Shown here piece after piece: positions 26,705-38,166 of a stretch of 38,229 nucleotides of DNA. Both the position numbers and the translations under genes were made by a program. The stretch covers positions 1 through 38,229 of the forward strand of contig DATLZI010000127.1 of assembly GCA_035574075.1 (NCBI GenBank), given 5' to 3'. The DNA comes from a bacterium. GTDB lineage: Bacteria > Sysuimicrobiota > Sysuimicrobiia > Sysuimicrobiales > Kaftiobacteriaceae. The notes below the pieces were generated by a model that saw only the letters and a program-made list of their open reading frames with translations, was not told the DNA's origin and ran no database searches. Each line of letters opens with the position of its first letter. Positions within the stretch are counted from its first letter, which is position 1.

Positions 26705-26705
26705 C

Positions 26706-27742
26706 CTACTTCCCGGGCCGCGGAATCCCGAACGCCTGGGGCGACTTCTTCGCCGCGCCGGCGTCGTAGAGCAGCCAGGCGGTCACGGACTGCCACTGCT
26801 TCACGAACCGCACGGCCTCGTCCCCGGAGAGGTTCAAGGGAACCGCGCCCAACAGCTCGGCGAATTCCTTGAACTCCTCGCTGCCGACCGCCGCTTTGAA
26901 GGCCTCGGTGAGCTTGGCCACGGCCGGAGCGGGGGTGCCCTTCTTGACCCAGACCCCGAAGAACGGTCCCCAGGGGAGGTAGGGGCGTAGCGGGGGATCA
27001 TCTGCCCCAGGGCCGGCACGCCGGGCGCGCCGGCGTTCGGCACGTTGTCTACGACCGCGATCGCCCGCATGCGGCCAGCCCGCATATGCTCCGCCGCTGC
27101 CGAGAGGACCGAGACATGGAAGTCGATATGCCCCCCCAGCAAGGCGGCCAGAGCCGGCCCATCGCCGTCGAAGGGAATCGTGTTGAACTTCACGCCGCTT
27201 ACCGCGGTCATCATGGCGCCGACGACAAAGGGCACGCCCCCGATGCCCGTGCCGCCGGCCTTGATCTGGCCGGGGCGCTGCCGGGCGTCACGGATCAGGT
27301 CGTCGAGGTACCGATACTTCGAGTCGCTGCGCACGACGATTACCGGGATGCTGCGAGCGAACAGGTTGATCGGGATGAACTCGTCGAAGGTGCGCGGCGA
27401 GATGTCCAGGATGCCGTACAGCGTCGGGTTCTCGGCGGCGAACAGCAGGGTGTAGCCGTCCGCCGGCTGGTCGTAGACGTACTGCATGGCCGTGGCCCCG
27501 CTGGCCCCCGTCATGTTGTTCAAAACGATCCGCTGCCCCAACAGGCGATCCGCCAGCGGAGCCACCTTCCGCGACACGCGATCCGTGGTGCCGCCGGCGC
27601 CCCACTGGATGATGCCGATGATGTTGCGCTCGGGATACCCCTGCGCCGTCGACGGGGCGGCGGCGACCCCCAGCGCCAACATCACCCCCAGCAGGGCCAT
27701 CACGGACAGTCGCCGCGCACCGGACATCCTGGATCTACCCAT
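26706..27742 (-). pseudogene. tctC: TctC/Bug-family periplasmic substrate-binding protein, reading frame broken by a 1-nt frameshift
   Basis: The 5' part (frame of ORF 26834..27778) gives a signal peptide plus the Bug fold up to ...GVPALGQMIPRYAP. The conserved C-terminus YLPWGPFFGVWVKKGTPAPAVAKLTEAFKAAVGSEEF... continues in the frame of ORF 26706..26921. The switch is at the GGGG run 26982..26985, and the out-of-frame tail is Pro/Ser/Arg-rich. Confidence 0.7.
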
Positions 27743-27956
27743 GCCCTCTCCCCCCTCACGGTGATGCGCAGCCCCCACCCTCCACCCCCGATCGGGAGCC
27801 GCTACTGCGTACTGCCTGGTAGAACTTCGTTCTGAAATTACGCTCCTCCTCTCGCCCGGCAGGGGGAACGGTCCGCCCCGGCCGGCAGAGGAGGTCCCCC
27901 GCGCATCCTCTAATGGTGGCAGCGTCCACCCCGGGCCAGGGGGTGGAGGACCGCGC

Positions 27957-29252
27957 GTGCGGACGCAGATACTCTACGGCCTCGGCAGCTTCGGCGGCAG
28001 CCTGCTGCAGCAGACCGTGCTGCTGTGGGTCTTCTACTTCTACGCCCCGCCCCCGGGGCAGGGGTTGCCTGTGCGCGTGGCGGCCTCCCTGCTCGGCCTG
28101 GCGATGGGGGCGGGCCGCGTCGTGGACGCCCTGGCCGATCCGCCGATCGCCTACCTCAGCGACCGGCTGCGCTGGCGCTTCGGCCGCCGCCGGCCGTTCA
28201 TCCTCGTCGGCGCGCCGCTCCTCGCGCTGGTGTTCGCGCTGCTCTGGAACCCTCCGCACGCTCATCTCTCAACCGTGAACGTCCTCTACCTGACCGCTCT
28301 CCTGGGCGCGTTCTACTTCCTCTACACCGTGGTGATGAACCCCTACACCGCGCTATTGCCGGAGATCACCGCGGGCGGCGTGGGGCGTGTGCACACCGCG
28401 GCGTGGCAGGCGGGGTTCAGCCTGGCCGGGACGGCGGCGGCGTTCCTCGGCTCGTCCGCCCTGGCCAGCCGGTACGGTTTCCCGACGATGGGCCTCCTGC
28501 TCGCCCCGGTGGCCGCCGCGGCGATCTGGATCGCCGCACTCAGCGTGCGGGAGGATGCGGTCGGCCAATCGCCCGTGGCCTTCCTCCCCGCGGCCCGCGC
28601 CGTGCTGCTCAACCGGCCGTTCCGCACCTACCTGCTGGGGCTGGCGCTGCTGTGGTTCGGGCTGAGCATGGTCAACCTCGCGCTGGCCTTCGTCGTCACG
28701 GTGCTGATGGGGCTGCCGCGCGGGGCGGTGGGCACGGTGCTGGCCGCGACGATCGGCTTCTCCCTGCTGTCCTTCCCGCTCATCGCCCGCCTCGCGGCGC
28801 GCTACGGCAAGCGCACGGCGCTGCTCCTGGCGATGGCCATCGCCGCGCTCGTCGTCCCGCTCATCGGGCTGATCGGCCGCGTGCCGCTCCCGCTCAGCCC
28901 TGCCGTGCAGGGGTACGTCCTCGTCGGGCTGGCCGGCCCGCCCCTGGCCGCGCTGTTCGTGCTGCCCAACGCCCTGCTCGCCGACATCGCCGACGCGCAC
29001 ACCGCGGCTTACGGTCACCGCAGCGAAGCGCTGCTCTTCGCGCTGCAGGGGCTGATCTTCAACGGCACGACCAGTCTGGCCGCGCTCGCCCTGGGCGGGC
29101 TGCTGGAGCGCTTCGGCTACGCGGCCGGAAGAGACCTGGGGCTACGCCTCGTCCCGGCGGCGGCCGCCGCCGCGGTGGCGCTCGGGGCGCTGGTGTTCAC
29201 GCGGTTCCCCGCGCGGCTGCCCGCGCCACAGGACCTACCAGGTTTCCGGTGA
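27957..29252 (+). CDS. MFS transporter, glycoside-pentoside-hexuronide (GPH) cation symporter family
   Basis: DALADPPIAYLSDRLRWRFGRRRPFIL signature, about 12 TM spans, GTG start with GGAGGA 6 nt upstream. It is the only plus-strand gene. Confidence 0.88.
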   Translation: MRTQILYGLGSFGGSLLQQTVLLWVFYFYAPPPGQGLPVRVAASLLGLAMGAGRVVDALADPPIAYLSDRLRWRFGRRRPFILVGAPLLALVFALLWNPPHAHLSTVNVLYLTALLGAFYFLYTVVMNPYTALLPEITAGGVGRVHTAAWQAGFSLAGTAAAFLGSSALASRYGFPTMGLLLAPVAAAAIWIAALSVREDAVGQSPVAFLPAARAVLLNRPFRTYLLGLALLWFGLSMVNLALAFVVTVLMGLPRGAVGTVLAATIGFSLLSFPLIARLAARYGKRTALLLAMAIAALVVPLIGLIGRVPLPLSPAVQGYVLVGLAGPPLAALFVLPNALLADIADAHTAAYGHRSEALLFALQGLIFNGTTSLAALALGGLLERFGYAAGRDLGLRLVPAAAAAAVALGALVFTRFPARLPAPQDLPGFR

Positions 29253-29900
29253 GCGGACCGGGGCGGGGGGGGACGCGGACGGTGCCGCGCCGCGCAGGTG
29301 CGTGGTGTCGTTCATCGTCATGACCACTCCACGGTCGCCCGTGAAGTCGATGATGTTGATGCAGGCGTTGCCCTGACGGATGCGCCAGTAGGAAGCCAGC
29401 GGCGCGCCGAGCACGGTGAGCAGGATGGCTTTGTTCACGCCGCCGTGCGCCACCGCGGCCACCGCTTCTCCGGCGTGGCGTCGACGGAGGTCCGCGATCG
29501 CATCCCAGGCCCGGGCCCGCAGCTCTTCGAGCGTTTCCCCTCCCGGCAGGCGCATCTGGTGCGGCGCCTCGTGCCAGCGGCGCATCACCTCGCCGTGGCG
29601 GGCCTCGATCTCGCTCACGGTGAGTCCCTCCCACTCCCCGACGCGGATCTCGGCCAGCCCGGGGCAATGCAGGACAGGCAGGCCGTGCGGAGCGGCCACC
29701 GCAGCGGCTGTGGCGGCGGCCCGGGGGAGCGGACTGCTGTAGACCGCGCGCAGCGGCGCGCCGCGCAGCGCCTCGCGCAGGCGCAGGGTCTGCGCGCGAC
29801 CGGCCTCGCTGAGCGGGGAGTCGAGCGTACCCTGATACCGCCGGGCGAGGTTCCAGGTCGTCTCGCCGTGGCGGAGGAGGTAGAGACGGGTGGGCCTCAC
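29235..29900 (-). CDS. histidine phosphatase family protein (phosphoglycerate mutase-like)
   Basis: LYLLRHGETTWN (RHG catalytic motif), GEWEG, and the second catalytic His in VAHGGV. The GTG start overlaps the upstream stop (GTGA), and the 3' end overlaps the convergent MFS gene by 18 nt. Confidence 0.88.
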   Translation of the reverse strand: MRPTRLYLLRHGETTWNLARRYQGTLDSPLSEAGRAQTLRLREALRGAPLRAVYSSPLPRAAATAAAVAAPHGLPVLHCPGLAEIRVGEWEGLTVSEIEARHGEVMRRWHEAPHQMRLPGGETLEELRARAWDAIADLRRRHAGEAVAAVAHGGVNKAILLTVLGAPLASYWRIRQGNACINIIDFTGDRGVVMTMNDTTHLRGAAPSASPPAPVRSPETW

Positions 29901-30283
29901 CGGCCCTTCATCGCCGCCAGGTACTGCCGGTAGTAGCGCTCCACCGTGCGGTGGTTGATCGTCAGGGAGCGCGACCGCTCAGGCCGGATCCCGCCGCTGA
30001 AGGTCCGCGGGATGTGCAGCAGTTCGTGGATGATGACGCGGTCCTGCTCCTCGCGCGGCAGCTGGTCGAAGACCGGCACCATGAACTCGATCACGTACTG
30101 CGGCCGCAATCCCAGCGGCCCCTGGAACACCGGGGGGAGCCCCCAGATGCGGGCCAGCGCGTTGGCGCGGGAACCGCGCACCCGCACGCAGTGCACGCGG
30201 GCAGGATCGACGTAGCCCAGACCAAGCGCCTGCGCGATGGCGCGCAGCCTGGTGTGCACATCTGGGGCAGGCGTCCAGCGCAT
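29897..30283 (-). CDS. small putative zinc metallopeptidase (HExxH)
   Basis: 128 aa with IIHELLHIP. The overall layout (ARIWG....YVIEF...F..L.....VIIHELLHIP..F.GG) resembles the COG4900-type predicted metallopeptidases as I recall them. Confidence 0.7.
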   Translation of the reverse strand: MRWTPAPDVHTRLRAIAQALGLGYVDPARVHCVRVRGSRANALARIWGLPPVFQGPLGLRPQYVIEFMVPVFDQLPREEQDRVIIHELLHIPRTFSGGIRPERSRSLTINHRTVERYYRQYLAAMKGR

Positions 30284-30344
30284 GGGGATCCTCAGAATGC
30301 GAAGAGAACATTCGCATCCCGCGGGAACGAGTCCTGCGGGCTGG

Positions 30345-30575
30345 TCAGCCCTCCGTCGCTTCGCGGATCAGGCCGCGGCGCGGCGAGACGCGCTTCCAGC
30401 GGGGACGATCTTCGGGGTCGAGACGGCGATGGCAGTCGCCGCAGAGGTAGGAGCCGTCTTCCACGGCCGTCTCATCGGGGTCGAGGACGACGTCGCGGGT
30501 CGTGCCCTCGTACCAGGGCAACGGATCATCGAGGTTTCCGGCGCGTCCGCACGAGACACAGATGAGCTCCGCCAT
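30345..30575 (-). CDS. small zinc-ribbon protein
   Basis: MAELICVSCGR...YLCGDCHRRL (CxxC...CxxC). ATG 30575 is preceded by GGGGGTGGGA; the alternative is GTG 30584. Confidence 0.55.
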   Translation of the reverse strand: MAELICVSCGRAGNLDDPLPWYEGTTRDVVLDPDETAVEDGSYLCGDCHRRLDPEDRPRWKRVSPRRGLIREATEG

Positions 30576-30596
30576 CCGTCCCACCCCCGCGTTCCA

Positions 30597-31307
30597 TTAT
30601 CCCACGGCCAGGGCGATCTCCAGCCGCCGATTCAGGCGGCCCTTGTTCTCCGTCTTCGTCACCACGAGCCGGCCGATCTCCGCGGTGTTCGCGACGTGCG
30701 TCCCCCCGTCGGCCTGGGCGTCGAACCCCTCGATCTCGACGACCCGCACCTCGGCGATCCCCGGCGGTAGCAGGTTCTTCGCCAGCCGCAGAAGGTCGGC
30801 GCGCTCGAACTCCTCGCGCGGCAGGAAGCGCACGAGGATGCGGCGCCGCTCGGCGATGACGCGGTTTGCCTCTGCCTCGATCGCGGCCACGAGATCCCGC
30901 TCCAGGGTCTCCAGCGCAAAGTCCATCCGCGCGCGGTCGGGATAGATCGCGCCGCCCGTGACGCGCGCGTTGAACGACCGGTAGACCACGCCGACCAGGA
31001 CGTGCAGCGCAGAGTGGTGGCGCATGATCGCATAGCGCCGCTCCCAGTCCAGCTCGCCGCGCACCGCGGCGCCGGGCGGCGGCGGCGCGTCGGCGACGAT
31101 GTGCCACACGGTCTCGCCGTCTTTGCGCACGTCGGTGACGCGGCAGGCACCGCCGGCCCAGCGCAACATCCCCACGTCCACCGGCTGTCCTCCGCCGCCG
31201 GCGTAGAACGCGGTGCGATCGAGGGCCACCGCCGCGCCCTCCACGCGCGTCACTTCCGCGTCGAACGCCCGCAGGTAGCTGTCGTGCAGGTAGAGGAGGG
31301 TCGTCAT
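30597..31307 (-). CDS. alaX: alanyl-tRNA editing protein AlaX-type (Ser/Gly-tRNA(Ala) deacylase)
   Basis: From MTTLLYLHDSYL...: the HxxxH motif (MRHHSALHVL) and the tRNA_SAD motif DGGTHVANTAEIG. ATGA overlap with the GNAT stop. The upstream 260 codons of the tracked ORF overlap the GNAT gene and are rejected. Confidence 0.85.
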   Translation of the reverse strand: MTTLLYLHDSYLRAFDAEVTRVEGAAVALDRTAFYAGGGGQPVDVGMLRWAGGACRVTDVRKDGETVWHIVADAPPPPGAAVRGELDWERRYAIMRHHSALHVLVGVVYRSFNARVTGGAIYPDRARMDFALETLERDLVAAIEAEANRVIAERRRILVRFLPREEFERADLLRLAKNLLPPGIAEVRVVEIEGFDAQADGGTHVANTAEIGRLVVTKTENKGRLNRRLEIALAVG

Positions 31308-32170
31308 GAGGCGAGGGACTTCTGCACGATGACCAGGCCGTCCGGACACCAGGCGTGCGGCTGCCAGGCACGCACCTCCAGCGGTGCGAGCGCCTGGGGG
31401 TGCGGGGCGAAGACGACGAGCCGGCTCGCCCCGCGCTCCTGCGCTTCCTCCAGCAGTTCGCCGAAGATGGCCTGTGTCCCGGTCGGCGCGCCGTCGATGA
31501 ACCCGATGACCACGGCGCCCTCCGGACGGGCGTACAGCGCGACGGCCTGGGGATCGTCTGCGCGATCCGGCCGCGCGGCCAGGACCACCCGCCGGTCCTT
31601 GATCACTCCCCGCACCAGCTCCGGGACGATCCGCCGGAACCGCCAGCCCAGAGGCACCAGGTGATCCCAGGCGGCCAGCGTGGCGGTGCGCTCGATGAAG
31701 CGCAGCACGGCGGGCGTCTCCTCCGGCCGCGGGCGGCTCACCGGGGCCTCGTAGGGCACGTGCGCCGGCCCGGCGGCCACCGGTGTCTCCATCACGACGC
31801 ACGTCGCCACGCGCCGGTAGCCCGACCGCTCGGCCAGGACCAGCGCAGCGTAGTCGTGCGCGGGCACGGCGGTGCGCAGCACAGCAGCGCCGTACCGGCG
31901 CGCCAGCCGCTCCGCTTCCTGCACGAGCTGCCCGCCGATGCCGCGGCCCTGCGCATCGGGGTGAACGCGCAGCGCCTCCATCCACGCCTCGCTGCGCCCG
32001 ACGATCGCGACGTGGATGCCGCCGACGACCCGGTCGGCGTCCAGCGCCACGAGGTCCTGGCCCGGCTCTTCCGCCCAGGCCAGCCACTCCTCGGGCGCGG
32101 CCTGGCGGCCGGCCACGACGCGCGGCAGCTGCTCATGCTCCGCGCTGGCAGGACGAACCGTGATTGCCAT
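31304..32170 (-). CDS. GNAT-family N-acetyltransferase with C-terminal extension domain
   Basis: Acetyl-CoA motif LRVHPDAQGRGIGGQLVQEAERLAR in the N-terminal half. The C-terminal half of about 140 aa has no recognised motif. Confidence 0.8.
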   Translation of the reverse strand: MAITVRPASAEHEQLPRVVAGRQAAPEEWLAWAEEPGQDLVALDADRVVGGIHVAIVGRSEAWMEALRVHPDAQGRGIGGQLVQEAERLARRYGAAVLRTAVPAHDYAALVLAERSGYRRVATCVVMETPVAAGPAHVPYEAPVSRPRPEETPAVLRFIERTATLAAWDHLVPLGWRFRRIVPELVRGVIKDRRVVLAARPDRADDPQAVALYARPEGAVVIGFIDGAPTGTQAIFGELLEEAQERGASRLVVFAPHPQALAPLEVRAWQPHAWCPDGLVIVQKSLAS

Positions 32171-32175
32171 GCGCG

Positions 32176-32820
32176 CTAGGCAGCGACGCGCCGGCGGGCG
32201 GCGAGACGGCGGAGATCCGCGAGCATCGCGCTCTGCACGAGGAAGGCGAACGCCGCCGCGCTGAGGCGGACGAAGACGCCGCGGGTCCAGGGCGGAGCGC
32301 CCCGCGACTCCAGCACGCTCGCCACGATGTGCCCGCCATCCAGCGGGTAGATCGGCAGCAGGTTCATCAACCCCAGCCCAACGTTGATGCCGCCCGCCAG
32401 GCGGCCCAGGGCGCCGCGGCCGTGCTCGGCGGCCTGGAGGAGCGCGGCGAACGTGCCGATGACCCCGGTCAGGCCCACCGTCCTCCCCTCCTCGCCGAGC
32501 GCCACGGCGGGATGCCGGCGGAACCCGTACAGCAGAGGCAATCCGATGGCGATGTTCGCCAGGGGACCGGCGAGGAGCATCGGCAGGCGCCGCCGGGGCG
32601 GAAGGCGTTCAACGTCCACCGCGGCATACCCGCCGATGGGGAACGCGCGCAGGACGAGTGGCAGGGAGCGCACGCGCAGGCGCCAGAGCGCGGGGCCCAA
32701 GCCCACGCCCACCTCTCTCACCGCGCCGCCCCCGCGCCACGCGGCCAGGGCGTGCGCCGCCTCGTGCACGGCGACGGTGGCTCCGACGATGCCCAGGGCG
32801 GTCGCGATCCGGCGCCACAC
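32176..32820 (-). CDS. M50 (site-2 protease) family membrane metalloprotease, PDZ-less
   Basis: HEAAHALAA (HExxH) and NLLPIYPLDGGH (NxxPxxxLDG). 214 aa with a GTG start. Confidence 0.88.
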   Translation of the reverse strand: MWRRIATALGIVGATVAVHEAAHALAAWRGGGAVREVGVGLGPALWRLRVRSLPLVLRAFPIGGYAAVDVERLPPRRRLPMLLAGPLANIAIGLPLLYGFRRHPAVALGEEGRTVGLTGVIGTFAALLQAAEHGRGALGRLAGGINVGLGLMNLLPIYPLDGGHIVASVLESRGAPPWTRGVFVRLSAAAFAFLVQSAMLADLRRLAARRRVAA

Positions 32821-32849
32821 CGTCCTGACAGACGTTCCCCGCCGGCCGC

Positions 32850-35297
<2,448 letters not shown>

Positions 35298-35306
35298 GGG
35301 CGGCTC

Positions 35307-37397
<2,091 letters not shown>

Positions 37398-37418
37398 CGC
37401 AAAACCCCGCATCAGACC

Positions 37419-37697
37419 TCAGTTTTCTGCGTTCCAGGCCTTCGCACTCTGCCGCAGATGCGTCATCCGGCGGGCCAGCGTGGCTGCCGTCGCCGCGGAC
37501 GTGTAGACCCGCCCCGCCGCGGTGATGACCAGGGTGCGGCACTCCGGGCTGTCCGGCTCGCCGTGCAGCCGGCCCTTCGCCGCGGCGCGCTCCAGGAACT
37601 CGCGCAGCACCACCGACCCGCGCGCCGTGCGGGCGTCGAGGAGCGCCACGACCTCGCGGATGGGAAGAACCACTTCACCCCCCAGGTGGAGGTACAT
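37419..37697 (-). CDS. remB: DUF370 protein (RemB/YaaB-like)
   Basis: MYLHLGGEVVLPIREVVALLD...VYTSAATAATLARR matches the DUF370 pattern (start MYIHLG, end Y.S..S..TL.KR). Its position between recF and gyrB is the same as B. subtilis yaaB/remB. Confidence 0.8.
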   Translation of the reverse strand: MYLHLGGEVVLPIREVVALLDARTARGSVVLREFLERAAAKGRLHGEPDSPECRTLVITAAGRVYTSAATAATLARRMTHLRQSAKAWNAEN

Positions 37698-38166
37698 GCC
37701 GCTTCCGCCAGGCGACCTGGCTGCGCATCGCCCGGCGGGCCGCCTCGCGCACCTCCGGGTCGGAGATTTCCGCCACGATCCGCTCCACCGCCGCGAGCTC
37801 GTCCGCCGTCGCCTCGCCCGCCGCGGGGTCAGCCCCTCCCGGCGGCGCCGGCGCGGCCGGGAGGGGAGCGCCGGAGGGCCGCGGCCGGGGCGTAAAGCGG
37901 ATCTCCGTCACCACGCCGGCACCCAGACGCCGATTGATCTCTGCCACGAAACCGCCCCGCCGCGCGGAGAGCTCCTGGGACCACAACCCCGGATCCACGG
38001 CCGCGATGAGCACCCCGCCCCTGAGGTCCACCGGATGGCTGTGGGCGGCGGCCTCCGGGCCGACCACCGCTGGCCACAGATCCTCGATGAGCGCGGTGTA
38101 GGCCGCCCGTTCGACGCCCAGCGCCCGGGCCGCGCCGCGCAGCAGTTGCCTAAGCGCGGTGAGCAT
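37675..38166 (-). CDS. DUF721 domain protein (DciA-like)
   Basis: LWPAVVGPEAAAHSHPVDLRGGVLIAAVDPGLWSQELSARRGGFVAEINRRLG..VVTEIRF is the DUF721 core. It is followed by a Pro/Ala-rich linker and a helical tail. The 3' end overlaps remB by 23 nt. Confidence 0.8.
   Translation of the reverse strand: MLTALRQLLRGAARALGVERAAYTALIEDLWPAVVGPEAAAHSHPVDLRGGVLIAAVDPGLWSQELSARRGGFVAEINRRLGAGVVTEIRFTPRPRPSGAPLPAAPAPPGGADPAAGEATADELAAVERIVAEISDPEVREAARRAMRSQVAWRKRHVPPPGG

Noticed and set aside
26834-26990. The Pro/Ser/Arg-rich C-terminal tail of ORF 26834..27778 (…TSPGDRSSGSGSRRAPPLRPWPSSPRPSKRRS…), considered as a genuine disordered domain of TctC.
   Set aside because: The neighbouring frame encodes the conserved Bug-family C-terminus over the same nucleotides. 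The tail is therefore out-of-frame read-through after the frameshift at 26982..26985.
26975-26995. Programmed -1 ribosomal frameshifting as the explanation for the tctC frame break.
   Set aside because: I saw no X_XXY_YYZ slippery heptamer and no obvious downstream pseudoknot or hairpin. A homopolymer indel (mutation or sequencing error) is the simpler explanation. It remains testable, as described in the tctC finding.
37398-37431. Possible terminator hairpin (CGCAGAAAAC ... GTTTTGCG) spanning the remB stop codon.
   Set aside because: The stem is AT-rich and interrupted by a bulge, the loop is about 16 nt, and there is no U-tract. It overlaps the -35 region of the putative gyrB promoter, so I do not call it a terminator.
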